Shown: positions 13,864 through 27,790, numbered from the stretch's first letter. The stretch: 64,000 nucleotides of DNA from Macrostomum hystrix (GCA_950097015.1 CATNEN010000001.1:3286001-3350000), one strand, 5' to 3'. Notes: generated by a model from the letters alone, not told the origin. Program-made: numbers and translations.

Positions 13864-14264
13864 AAAGGGATTTGAGCCAGTGTGATTGCATTTCCAACAA
13901 CACGCGCCAATGTCATATCACTATTGAGCACAAATAAACATTCCGATTTAAGTAATCATATATGGGAGTTTATATATGCAACATCTGATCTCTCAGCCTC
14001 ACTGCCTAGTGCTTGTGTGTTCCGAAATCTATGCGTGTGTGTCAATCCTAGAATTCGTGCTCCGAGTACTAATCAGGGTACAAGCTTGCCATCAAGCAAG
14101 GACTGACGATGTCAACCGCATGCTAAACTCGACTCGACTCTGGAAATGAATTATTGCTGGATAATTAATCTATATCTATATGCTGCAATGTAGGAATGCA
14201 GTAGTTTAGTAATGTGTGTTCCGCACCTTTCGTTAGCAAATGCTTTGTAGTTTGCATTTTTATC

Positions 14265-14912
14265 AACTTTCGCCTTCAGTCTCTCGCCTTCACTCTCTAA
14301 CAACTCTCGCCTTCACTCTCTAACAACTCTCGCCTTCACTCTCTAACAACTCTCGCCTTCACTCTCTAACAACTCTCGCCTTCACTCTCAATCAACTCTC
14401 GCCTTCACTCTCTAACAACTCTCGCCTTTACTCTCTAACAACTCTCGCCGTTACTCTCTAACAACTCTCGCCTTCACTCTCTAACAACTCTCGCCTTCAC
14501 TCTCTAACAACTCTCGCCTTTACTATCTAACAACTCTCGCCTTCACTCTCAATCAACTCTCGCCGTCACTCTCAATCAACTCTCGCCGTCACTCTCAATC
14601 AACTCTCGCCTTCACTCTCTAACAACTCTCGCCTTTACTCTCTAACAACTCTCGCCTTTACTCTCTAACAACTCTCGCCTTTACTCTCTAACAACTCTCG
14701 CCTTTACTCTCTAACAACTCTCGCCTTCACTCTCTAACAACTCTCGCCTTTACTCTCTAACAACTCTCGCCTTCACTCTCTAACAACTCTCGCCTTCACT
14801 CTCTAACAACTCTCGCCTTTACTCTCTAACTGCTCTCGCCTTTACTCTCTAACTGCTCTCGCCTTTACTCTCTAACAACTCTCGCCTTTACTCTCTAACA
14901 ACTCTCGCCTTC
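14265..14912. repeat. 23-bp minisatellite (CTCTCGCCTTCACTCTCTAACAA)
   Basis: Direct periodicity; shares its core with the 11258 array. Confidence 0.95.
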
Positions 14913-15659
14913 TGGCTTGTCGCTGATTTCGGGACAGTGGAACAGACTATAAGGTGGGAGCAAAGACAACAGAAAAAAAACATTTTCCCATCATGGCATC
15001 TCACTCACTCGATCGCACTACCGTCAAAAAACATGAAATTATTATATATAGAGAGAACTCTTTCTTTTGATTAAGAACCGGGTCGAAAAAAAGATCGAAC
15101 GGGCAAAGTGTTTGTCGAATTGAACAGCTTTTTTTTCTCCTTCTTTCTTTTTTAGTTCTCAGCGATGAAGGCGGAGCGAGAGCCCCTATGGCAAACGATT
15201 GAGTGAAGGAAGATTCAACCAAGGATTTCATGCACTGTCAGTCCGATAATACGAGTATAGAATCTGGAAATTGGGATGAGCACAGAGCTCTGGCAAGAGC
15301 AGAGTTCGATTGAACAAGCCCGCTTGACTGCCTGCTGTGTGTGTTTGCAGACATAATTAACTGGTATCGTTGTTCTCTTTGGTTCCACAAGTATTCCCCG
15401 CTATTCTGCGGATCCTACTTTATTCAATCGTAGAGATTTCGATCCGCAGTGTCCAAAGTTTTCTTTTATTCTTTTCGAGTCGTTTGAGACTTTGAGCTTG
15501 TAGTTTTACAAAACAAAGAACTGCTGGTAAGCACCTTTGATTGACTTTGGGATCGTGGCAAAGCAAATTTAGGTCTCGCAACAATGCTGTCTTGTCGACT
15601 CTATGTCAATCTCAGCAATTGCTTACTTACAATATTCCGATATGCCACCATTCGTTTCT

Positions 15660-17330
15660 TCTAGTCTCACCCGATCTCTCTAGTCTCACCCTGATCTCTA
15701 TCTAGTCTCAGCCTGATCTCTATCTAGTCTCACCCTGATCTCTATCTAGTCTCACCCTGATCTCTATCTAGTCTCACCCTGATCTCTATCTAGTCTCACC
15801 CTGATCTCTATCTAATCTCACCCTGATATTTATCTAGTCTCACCCTGATCTCTATCTAATCTCACCCTGATATTTATCTAGTCTCACCCTCATCTCTATC
15901 TAATCTCACCCTGATATTTATCTAGTCTCACCCTGATCTCTATCTAGTCTCAGCCTGATCTCTATCTAGTCTCACCCTGATCTCTATCTAGTCTCACCCT
16001 GATCTCTATCTAGTCTCACCCTGATCTCTATCTAGTCTCACCCTGATCTCTATCTAGTCTCACCCTGATCTCTATCTAGTCTCACCCTGATCTCTATCTA
16101 GTCTCACCCTGGTCTCTATCTAGTCTCAGCCTGATCTCTATCTAGTCTCACCCTGATCTCTATCTAGTCTCACCCTGATCTCTATCTAGTCTCAGCCTGA
16201 TCTCTATCTAGTCTCACCCTGATCTCTATCTAGTCTCACCCTGATCTCTATCTAGTCTCACCCTGATCTCTATCTAGTCTCAGCCTGATCTCTATCTAGT
16301 CTCACCCTGATCTCTATCTAGTCTCAGCCTGATCTCTATCTAGTCTCAGCCTGATCTCTATAAGTCTCACCCTGATCTCTATCTAGTCTCACCCTGATCT
16401 CTATCTAGTCTCACTCTGATCTCTATCTAGTCTCAACCTGATCTCTATCTAGTCTCAACCTGATCTCTATCTAGTCTCAACCTGATCTCTATCTAGTCTC
16501 AACCTGATCTCTATCTGGTCTCAACCTTATCTCTATCTAGTCTCAACCTGATCTCTATCTAGTCTCAACCTGATCTCTATCTAGTCTCACCATGATCTCT
16601 ATCTAGTCTCACCCTGATCTCTATCTAGTCTCACCCTGATCTCTATCTAGTCTCACCCTGATCTCTATCTAGTCTCACCCTGGTCTCTATCTAGTCTCAG
16701 CCTGATCTCTATCTAGTCTCACCCTGATCTCTATCTAGTCTCACCCTGATCTCTATCTAGTCTCACCCTGATCTCTATCTAGTCTCACCCTGATCTCTAT
16801 CTAGTCTCACCCTGATATTTATCTAGTCTCACCCTGATCTCTATCTAATCTCACCCTGATCTCTATCTAGTCTCACCCTGATCTCTATCTAGTCTCACCC
16901 TGATCTCTATCTAGTCTCACCATGATCTCTATCTAGTCTCACCCTGATCTCTATCTAGTCTCAGCCTGATCTCTATCTAGTCTCACCCTGATCGCTATCT
17001 AATCTCATCCAGATATCTATCCAATCTCACCCAGATCTTTATCTAATCTCACCCTGATCTCTATCTAGTCTAACCCTGATCTCTATCTAGTCTCACCCTG
17101 ATCTCTATCTAGTCTCACCCTGCCCTCTATCTAGTCTCACCCTGATCTCTATCTAGTCTCAGCCTGATCTCTATCTAGTCTCAGCCTGATCTCTATAAGT
17201 CTCACCCTGATCTCTATCTAGTCTCAGCCTGATCTCTATCTAGTCTCACCCTGATCTCTATCTAGTCTCACCCTGATCTCTATCTAGTCTCAACCTGATC
17301 TCTATCTGGTCTCACGTTCTGGTCTCACCC
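15660..17330. repeat. 22-bp minisatellite (TCTAGTCTCACCCTGATCTCTA)
   Basis: About 75 units. Confidence 0.96.
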
Positions 17331-18019
17331 ACAATCCATTCTATTTCACCTCCAATCCATATTCAATCTCACCTAATCGTATTCTCTACGTATTTCTCAG
17401 TCCTTACATTATCCCTAATTAGCATTGGCTACATATTTTACTTTGATATTAAATCAATTTTATCGCCCACTTGGGGAGCCAAAATAAAACAATTAAAGCG
17501 AGAATTAAAGAACGCTTCAATACATCTCTCGAATGGTATCCAAAGCTATTAAAACCTCAAAACTCGAAAGTTGCCCATTGCTTCAGAACACAAAACTTTT
17601 GGTATACAATAAAGCGATGCAAATGTACTTTTAGGGTCGTCGAGAGCTGATCGTATCATTGTCCAACCCATTTAAGCGATCTACTCAAAATCGTTGTTAC
17701 CATGCAGCTACTTTGGTATAATCCCAGCTACTGTCTAACCTACGTGAAAGTAACAAATGGGATTAACAGGGGTAGAGCCTGAATTGATGGCATTTGCGGC
17801 TTAAAAATCGATAAAATAAACTGCGTAACTCAGCAAGCCTCTGCGTGAGTATGAGCTGCGTGTGTGAGCTGCGTGTTGCAGTTGATAGCCTCTCTGAATT
17901 ATCTTCATTCTCTTTGCCAGTTGCCTGTTCTGCTTGTATCTTCAGTAATTTTGTTCCCCGCTTAATATTAGATTATTGGGCATCTCCAGTGCCACTTCTC
18001 TTCGTGGTTTACAGGTCCA

Positions 18020-21000
18020 TCTCCATATCCATTTCCATCTCTATCTGCCATTCTATGAAATCCATTTCCATCTCTATCTGCCATTCTAAAAAATCCATTT
18101 CCATCTCTATCTGCCATTCTATGAAATCCATTTCCATGTCTATCTGCCATTCTATGAAATCCATTTCCATCTCTATCTGCCATTCTATAAAATCCATTTC
18201 CATGTCTATCTGCCATTCTATGAAATCCATTTCCATCTCTATCTGCCATTCTATAAAATCCATTTCCATCTCTATCTGCCATTCTATGAAATCTATTTCC
18301 ATCTCTATCTGCCATTCTATGAAATCCATTTCCATCTCTATCTGCCATTCTATGAAATCCATTTCCATCTCTATCTGCCATTCTATGAAATCCATTTCCA
18401 TGTCTATCTGCCATTCTATGAAATCCATTTCCATCTCTATCTGCCATTCTATGAAATCCATTTCCATGTCTATCTGCCATTCTATGAAATCCATTTCCAT
18501 GTCTATCTGCCATTCTATGAAATCCATTTCCATCTCTATCTGCCATTCTATAAAATCCATTTCCATCTCTATCTGCCATTCTATGAAATCCATTTCCATC
18601 TCTATCTGCCATTCTATGAAATCTATTTCCATCTCTATCTGCCATTCTATGAAATCCATTTCCATCTCTATCTGCCATTCTATGAAATCCATTTCCATCT
18701 CTATCTGCTATTCTATGAAATCCATTTCCATCTCTATCTGCCATTCTATGAAATCCATTTCCATCTCTATCTGCCATTCTATGAAATACATTTCCATCTC
18801 TATCTGCCATTCTATGAAATCCATTTCCATCTCTATCTGCCATTCTATGAAATCCATTTCCATCTCTATCTGCCATTCTATGAAATCCATTTCCATCTCT
18901 ATCTGCCATTCTATGAAATCCATTTCCATCTCTATCTGCAATTCTATGAAATCCATTTCCATCTCTATCTGCCATTCTATGAAATTCATTTCCTTCTCTA
19001 TCTGCTATTCTATAAAATCCATTTCTATCTCTATCTGCCATTCTATGAAATCCATTTCCATCTCTATCTGCTATTCTATGAAATCCATTTCCATCTCTAT
19101 CTGCCATTCTATGAAATACATTTCCATCTCTATCTGCCATTCTATGAAATCCATTTCCATCTCTATCTGCCATTCTATGAAATCCATTTCCATCTCTATC
19201 TGCCATTCTATGAAATCCATTTCCATCTCTATCTGCCATTCTATGAAATCCATTTCCATCTCTATCTGCTATTCTATGAAATCCATTTCCATCTCTATCT
19301 GCCATTCTATGAAATCCATTTCCATCTCTATCTGCCATTCTATGAAATCCATTTCCATCTCTATCTGCCATTCTACTAAATAAATTTCCATCTCTATCTG
19401 TAATTCTATGAAATCCATTTCCATCTCTATCTGCCATTCTATGAAATCCATTTCCATGTCTATCTGCCATTCTATGAAATCCATTTCCATCTCTATCTGC
19501 CATTCTATAAAATCCATTTCCATCTCTATCTGCCATTCTATGAAATCCATTTCCATCTCTATCTGCCATTCTATGAAATCCATTTCCATCTCTATCTGCT
19601 ATTCTATGAAATCCATTTCCATCTCTATCTGCCATTCTATGAAATCCATTTCCATCTCTATCTGCCATTCTATGAAATCCATTTCCATCTCTATCTGCCA
19701 TTCTATGAAATCTATTTCCATCTCTATCTGCCATTCTATGAAATCCATTTCCATCTCTATCTGCCATTCTATGAAATCCATTTCCATCTCTATCTGCTAT
19801 TCTATGAAATCTATTTCCATCTCTATCTGCCATTCTATGAAATCCATTTCCATCTCTATCTGCCATTCTATGAAATCCATTTCCATCTCTATCTGCCATT
19901 CTATAAAATCCATTTCCATGTCTATCTGCCATTCTATGAAATCCATTTCCATCTCTATCTGCCATTCTATAAAATCCATTTCCATCTCTATCTGCCATTC
20001 TATGAAATCTATTTCCATCTCTATCTGCCATTCTATGAAATCCATTTCCATCTCTATCTGCCATTCTATGAAATCCATTTCCATCTCTATCTGCCATTCT
20101 ATGAAATCCATTTCCATGTCTATCTGCCATTCTATGAAATCCATTTCCATCTCTATCTGCCATTCTATGAAATCCATTTCCATGTCTATCTGCCATTCTA
20201 TGAAATCCATTTCCATGTCTATCTGCCATTCTATGAAATCCATTTCCATCTCTATCTGCCATTCTATAAAATCCATTTCCATCTCTATCTGCCATTCTAT
20301 GAAATCCATTTCCATCTCTATCTGCCATTCTATGAAATCTATTTCCATCTCTATCTGCCATTCTATGAAATCCATTTCCATCTCTATCTGCCATTCTATG
20401 AAATCCATTTCCATCTCTATCTGCTATTCTATGAAATCCATTTCCATCTCTATCTGCCATTCTATGAAATCCATTTCCATCTCTATCTGCCATTCTATGA
20501 AATACATTTCCATCTCTATCTGCCATTCTATGAAATCCATTTCCATCTCTATCTGCCATTCTATGAAATCCATTTCCATCTCTATCTGCCATTCTATGAA
20601 ATCCATTTCCATCTCTATCTGCCATTCTATGAAATCCATTTCCATCTCTATCTGCAATTCTATGAAATCCATTTCCATCTCTATCTGCCATTCTATGAAA
20701 TTCATTTCCTTCTCTATCTGCTATTCTATAAAATCCATTTCTATCTCTATCTGCCATTCTATGAAATCCATTTCCATCTCTATCTGCTATTCTATGAAAT
20801 CCATTTCCATCTCTATCTGCCATTCTATGAAATACATTTCCATCTCTATCTGCCATTCTATGAAATCCATTTCCATCTCTATCTGCCATTCTATGAAATC
20901 CATTTCCATCTCTATCTGCCATTCTATGAAATCCATTTCCATCTCTATCTGCCATTCTATGAAATCCATTTCCATCTCTATCTGCTATTCTATGAAATCC

Positions 21001-23172
21001 ATTTCCATCTCTATCTGCCATTCTATGAAATCCATTTCCATCTCTATCTGCCATTCTATGAAATCCATTTCCATCTCTATCTGCCATTCTACTAAATAAA
21101 TTTCCATCTCTATCTGTAATTCTATGAAATCCATTTCCATCTCTATCTGCCATTCTATGAAATCCATTTCCATGTCTATCTGCCATTCTATGAAATCCAT
21201 TTCCATCTCTATCTGCCATTCTATAAAATCCATTTCCATCTCTATCTGCCATTCTATGAAATCCATTTCCATCTCTATCTGCCATTCTATGAAATCCATT
21301 TCCATCTCTATCTGCTATTCTATGAAATCCATTTCCATCTCTATCTGCCATTCTATGAAATCCATTTCCATCTCTATCTGCCATTCTATGAAATCCATTT
21401 CCATCTCTATCTGCCATTCTATGAAATCTATTTCCATCTCTATCTGCCATTCTATGAAATCCATTTCCATCTCTATCTGCCATTCTATGAAATCCATTTC
21501 CATCTCTATCTGCTATTCTATGAAATCCATTTCCATCTCTATCTGCCATTCTATGAAATCCATTTCCATCTCTATCTGCCATTCTATGAAATCTATTTCC
21601 ATCTCTATCTGCCATTCTATGAAATCCATTTCCATCTCTATCTGCCATTCTATGAAATCCATTTCCATCTCTATCTGCCATTCTATGAAATCCATTTCCA
21701 TCTCTATCTGCCATTCTATGAAATCCATTTCCATCTCTATCTGCCATTCTATGAAATCCATTTCCATCTCTATCTGCAATTCTATGAAATCCATTTCCGT
21801 CTCTATCTGCAATTCTATGAAATCCATTTCCATCTCTATCTGCCATTCTATGAAATTCATTTCCTTCTCTATCTGCCATTCTATGAAATCCATTTCCATC
21901 TCTATCTGCCATTCTATGAAATCCATTTCCATCTCTATCTGCTATTCTATGAAATCCATTTCCATCTCTATCTGCCATTCTATGAAATCCATTTCCATCT
22001 CTATCTGCCATTCTATGAAATCCATTTCCATCTCTATCTGCCATTCTATGAAATCTATTTCCATCTCTATCTGCCATTCTATGAAATCCATTTCCATCTC
22101 TATCTGCCATTCTATGAAATCCATTTCCATCTCTATCTGCTATTCTATGAAATCCATTTCCATCTCTATCTGCCATTCTATGAAATCCATTTCCATCTCT
22201 ATCTGCCATTCTATGAAATCTATTTCCATCTCTATCTGCCATTCTATGAAATCCATTTCCATCTCTATCTGCCATTCTATGAAATCCATTTCCATCTCTA
22301 TCTGCCATTCTATGAAATCCATTTCCATCTCTATCTGCCATTCTATGAAATCCATTTCCATCTCTATCTGCAATTCTATGAAATCCATTTCCGTCTCTAT
22401 CTGCAATTCTATGAAATCCATTTCCATCTCTATCTGCCATTCTATGAAATTCATTTCCTTCTCTATCTGCCATTCTATGAAATCCATTTCCATCTCTATC
22501 TGCCATTCTATGAAATCCATTTCCATCTCTATCTGCCATTCTATGAAATCCATTTCCATCTCTATCTGCTATTCTATGAAATCCATTTCCATCTCTATCT
22601 GCCATTCTATGAAATCTATTTCCATCTCTATCTGCCATTCTATGAAATCCATTTCCATCTCTATCTGCCATTCTATGAAATCCATTTCCATCTCTATCTG
22701 CTATTCTATGAAATCCATTTCCATCTCTATCTGCCATTCTATGAAATCCATTTCCATCTCTATCTGCCATTCTACTAAATAAATTTCCATCTCTATCTGC
22801 CATTCTATGAAATCCATTTCCATCTCTATCTGCCATTCTATGAAATCTATTTCCATCTCTATCTGCCATTCTATGAAATCCATTTCCATCTCTATCTGCC
22901 ATTCTATGAAATCCATTTCCATCTCTATCTGCTATTCTATGAAATCCATTTCCATCTCTATCTGCCATTCTTTGAAATCCATTTCCATCTCTATCTGCCA
23001 TTCTATGAAATCCATTTCCATCTCTATCTGCCATTCTATGAAATCCATTTCCATCTCTATCTGCCATTCTACTAAATAAATTTCCATCTCTATCTGCCAT
23101 TCTACTAAATATGTTTCCATCTCTATCTGCCATTCTATGAAATTCATTACCATCTCTATCTGCCATTCTATA
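18020..23172. repeat. 33-bp satellite (TCCATTTCCATCTCTATCTGCCATTCTATGAAA), ~156 units, with 1716-bp and 627-bp higher-order duplications
   Basis: Variant patterns recur at offsets of 1716 (52x33) and 627 (19x33), as seen from the ORF boundaries. Confidence 0.97.
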
Positions 23173-23725
23173 GAAACGATATTTGCTGAAATTGTCTGCT
23201 ACCTATTCAAATATTGACAATAGCGCTATTTATTGATAATAAAACTACGAATTATAATTCAGTGTAGCAACCGGGGAAGAATTAGCAGGCAGTCAAGCGA
23301 ATCTTGCACCCGTCTGCCGAAATTGGCAACATACTAGCTACCTAGGATTCACCCGAAATCATATTTCCGTTCCATTTTGCCTCGTCTTCTTAGACCACGA
23401 AGTGATTTGCTGCTTTTCGCGGCAATATACGCTCGTAACAGATTTAAAAAAAACGAGCAAGGATTTACGATTTATTTTCCACCCTATTGGAGTGGGAGTT
23501 ATGATAAAAACAACAAAGAGAAACCCGCTGCCACTGCCAAGGCGAAAGCTTTTTACACAGTCGGAACACTTCCGTTCTGGGGTTGGTCTTATTTTTCTTA
23601 TTTTTAACTTCACTTTCGCGGTCACTTCTGACCACCTTAGAATCGCCTCTGCGTTTTTCAGTGTCGAATGTACTTTTGGTAGATTTGTTTTTTTCGCAAA
23701 GTTCTTTAGCGAAAGAACTTTGCGA

Positions 23726-24090
23726 TGGTGAGCGGCAGAGCGGTTAACGCGTCTACCTCTGCACCAAGGTACCTGAGCTCGATTTCGCGGCTATAGGCCC
23801 ACATTAATTTGGGGCGCAGCCGCGGAGAGAAGGCTTGGGGGCTTGTCGTGCAATTCGCGCCCTTGAGGGTCAACCTCCAAGGCACAGTGAGTGTACACTG
23901 CCTGAATATGAGAAGTCAGGGCAGATGCACGCAACCTGTGTGAGTGTGTGCCTGCGTGTGCTCAGTGTGTGCTCAGGAGTCAGCGAAATGGGCAGAATTG
24001 CCTCCTCGCTGGCTGCGTGTCTAGTGTCACCAAATGATGTGCAATTGCCTGCAGCCCTCCTGCAATTATTATTATATTATTTTTATTATC
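23726..24090 (+). mobile_element. tRNA-derived SINE-like element, family B
   Basis: A-box-like GGCAGAGCGG and B-box-like GCTCGATT, ATT-rich tail; homologous copy at 45550. Confidence 0.65.
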
Positions 24091-24239
24091 AGAGTAACGA
24101 CCAATAAGACAAGTAACGACTACGCAGAAACGTTACTGCGCTACTGCGCAGAAACGTAACGGTTATTGATGTTCTGACACCAAAGAAGCAACGCTTGGCG
24201 ACCTATAAAAGTGTACATATATATAGAAGAAAAAAAATA

Positions 24240-24415
24240 ACTAAAAGGATAATTGTTGGAGGACTGCAGGCCACTTGGTGACACTAGACCCGCAGCCAGA
24301 GAGTAGACAATTCGGCCCACTTTGCTGAATCCTGAGCACACACGCACACAGGTGTGTACATCTGCCCTGTCTTTTTCATCGTCAAGCAGTGTACCCGCAA
24401 GGGGTTGACCCACAG
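24240..24415 (-). mobile_element. SINE family B, 5'-truncated inverted copy
   Basis: Reverse complement matches 23870-24070 (gtgtgtgctcagga...ctagtgtcaccaa...ctgcag..ctcc). Confidence 0.65.
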
Positions 24416-24532
24416 GCCGTAGATATACGGCTATAAGCTATTTCGCGGCACATATCCAAAGGCAGTGTACCGCTACCGCTAGTCAGTCCATGGACTAGAC
24501 GCCTGACCTCCCAGTTTACCTACCTCCCACAG

Positions 24533-25590
24533 GCATCTTTCCGCTGCCCTGGTACCTGCTGTCCGAATTCGCGCACGAATGGACCGTCAACAGAATCTGC
24601 GACAGTCCAGCCGCCGTGAATCTTCTCAGCCTGATGACCACTACTTTACCGACCATTTTTCACACGGTGTCAATCTGGCTGACGGTCATTCTGGCTATCC
24701 AGCGTTGGATCTACATCACCTTTCCGATGTCAGTTCAGCGGCTCTGCACTAATCGCATTTCAACAGCTTCAGTTCTGATCCTTCTAGGCCTGGTGACAGG
24801 CTTCATGTGCACCTGGTTCTATCTGGACGGACCCTATCAAGTGGCTGATCCGGTTCTGGATGTCAACGGGCCGCAGCTGCTGGTGTCCTGCAATCTGCTA
24901 TCGGAGCGACCCGTCTTCATGGTCCTTATCTACGCTAGAATCCTGCTGGTTAATCTAGTGCCGTCCGTGCTGCTCATTGTGTTCACATCGTTGCTCATCA
25001 ACGGACTACGCGAAGCTGCCAGGCGACGTCGTGTTTTGCTCAGCCCGAAGGCTAGACAGCAGCAGCCGCAGCAGCACGACCAGCAGCATCATCAAGCTCC
25101 AGCTTCTCGACGCCGCGATCAAGAGCAGAATAACACCACAGCGATGCTAACGCTGGTTGTTGGCATCTTCATGATAGTCGAGCTGCCCATGACTGTGGTG
25201 ATGTCGCTGTACGCTTTGAATCTGGGCTCGCAAGAATTCATGGGATTCGCTCTGCCAATCATCAACTTCACGATCCTGGTCACTTATCCCGTGAATTTCT
25301 TCATCTATTCAATGATGTCTAGCCAGTTCCGGCACACCTTCTCCTCAATATTCCATTGCTGCCCTTGGCTTGGCCAGCAGTCACAACAACAGCAGCAGCA
25401 GCAGCAGCATCAGCAGCATCGGCAGCAGAAGGGAACAGAGCCAGAGGCCCAGCCACTTTGCCAACCGCAGGCAGTGGAGCTGAAGGAGTCAGCTGACAAG
25501 GAAGCAAGCAGTGGAAAGTCTGGCAGTGACAAACTGGTAGCCCATCAGGCTTGCATCGAGGTGATCCACAATTCAAACGGCGATGTTTGA
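24533..25590 (+). CDS. Sex-peptide/MIP-receptor-like GPCR, exon 2 (end of TM2 to TM7, polyQ loop and tail)
   Basis: Acceptor tacctcccacAG|GC at 24532/24533 is phase 1 and joins exon 1 to give LADMLTG-IFPLPWY. Motifs LPTIFHTVSIWLTVILAIQRW, VELP and YPVNFFIYSMMSSQFR are typical of this family. Spliced CDS is 1416 nt (471 aa). Confidence 0.9.
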
Positions 25591-27242
25591 CAGCTAGTAA
25601 AGAAATCGATTTTCATAGAATCGTTTTAGATTTTCATAGAAAGTTTGATTAAAATGTTTACACAAAGTTCACTTTGATTATTTGACACGGAAATCAGTTG
25701 CTTCACACTAATAGTTTTGAGCTCTACTCAGAGATTGGTTTACCAGCTTTACCGTTATCACTTAGTTTATTTGACTCTATGCTTTTTAAACGTTTGCTTT
25801 TCTGTCGTTAAAAATTGAAAGCTTTAGGCTTGTGTTCTAGTTTTGATTTATTAGCTAATAGAATGCGAAATGCTTAATTAGATCTGATAAACAATATTAC
25901 TATGATGGAGTATGTCTGTATATATGCACTTCATAATAGTCTTACTTAAATTGAGGTCCTACTGACATTGGAAGTCATTTTATTCGTAATCAGGGACAAC
26001 TAAAACAACCTGTTTGGCTGTGTTTGTTGTCCCTGTTCGTAAATTGATTGACTATTTTATTCACACGAATGATAATGCGTGGTCAAAATCTTAAAAACGA
26101 AGCGTAAGCATAGTGTCCGTTATTCGTTCCTATAACACCATATTTATATAACAGCGAAAACGCACTGACCTGTCCATATTTTTATGAAAACGTTGTACAC
26201 GTCAATTTGTAATGGTAATTTTTATTGGCTGTGGGAACATGATTAGCTGTCAATATTTAGTGTGTCAGTCTGCAATCTTGTTTGAGCGCATATATTAGCC
26301 TGTATCTGTATCTGTTTTCTCTAGCTTTTTAATTGTATTTAGCTCATATATGTATAATTACCTTACTGGTATAGTGTATGTTGATGTGCCATTCTTACAG
26401 GTATATTATTTAATAACTACAATATAATAAGAATGAGCACTACCAAATAACAGTAATTTAGAATATTTATCCATTGATAAATTTGTTAATCCACAAAATT
26501 TAAATGAACATGAAGGTTATAAATACCGTGACTCGGTAATCTTTTTTCGAACATAATTAGCGTTTAAAGTGCAAATGAATTCCTAGAAATGCATTGCGCA
26601 TTGGGGAATAACTCTGTTTTAAATTATTTATTGTTAAAAAGAAGCGAGTTTGTTGAGAACTAGTTATTATCGGCCTTATCACAGTTTTCTATTCTACTAC
26701 ACTGTAGGCTTCAGAGTTCCAATTCATGATTCATGAATTATTATGCGAAACATATTTAGCCTCGTGCTAACACGATTAATCTGCCATGCCTATGCTAAAT
26801 ATAGCTAATCTATCATTAACTGATTAATGGCTCTATACAATAGTCTATATTATAGTGTAACTTATCCGACGTCATAGTTTCAAATCAATCACTTGGCAAA
26901 AAAATAATTGATGATTCTAAATCTGCTTTTAACCCTGGCATATTACTGTAAGTACTTTCAAACGAATTTTTTTAAGAGTAAAATTAATTACGATATGTAT
27001 TTTTATATGCAGTTTACCCAGCAATAAAAAAACCAAACAGCGACAATCTTAAAATCTTTTCGTGACCGGATAGAGCGAAGCATTTTAGCTCGCGTGTTCT
27101 GCATTTTGGGAGATTTTGGAAGGAAAAATAAAAATGTGTTTATTTGAAACACCCCGTGGGTCTTTCTACTGTCAATGCCAGGTTTTTTATTGCAAAGAGC
27201 AACTGAATGTCAAGCAGAGTTTTTACTCGTCGTCGCCTCGAC

Positions 27243-27620
27243 CTAGCCTTCGCAACGACTTTTAGAATGGTCCTTTAGGTGACCCGACTGTGTGAATGTT
27301 TTGCCGCAAAGCTTGCAGTCGTACGGTCGTTCGCCAGTGTGCATCCTGGAGCGCTTATTCAATTTGACTGACTCGATGAATTTCTTGCCGCACACTTTGC
27401 ACTCGAAGGGCTTCTCACCAGAGTGCGCTGACAGCATCTCTCAGCAGCAGCTAAATAAAGCTCTTTAACCTGAAGTCAATGGAGCACAATGCGCATTTGT
27501 GAGGCTTTTGCATCCTTGTGCACAGAGTGTGTTTTATGGTATCTGTTTTAAGGAAGCGATGCTAGAAGTGAGGTCGATCGTCAGTGCTGTGAACCAGACG
27601 GTGCTTGGCAAATTTGCTTT
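27243..27620 (-). pseudogene. C2H2 zinc-finger gene remnant
   Basis: [16 protein letters not shown]...[25 protein letters not shown]. Further finger fragments upstream (KPHKCALC; KHRLVHSTDDRPH) are broken by stops and frameshifts, and some His ligands are lost. Confidence 0.7.
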
Positions 27621-27790
27621 TTATATAGGAAAAATCTTGCCGCTCAAATCACACTGATGAACCCTTTTTGATTAGCATAGCTCGTCAGAGAAACTTAAAA
27701 TGCAAACAAACAGGTATAAACATTGAAAGGGGTCAATTTTACTCATTATTACATTGGTGGATAATAATAATAATATTAATAATTGATTAC

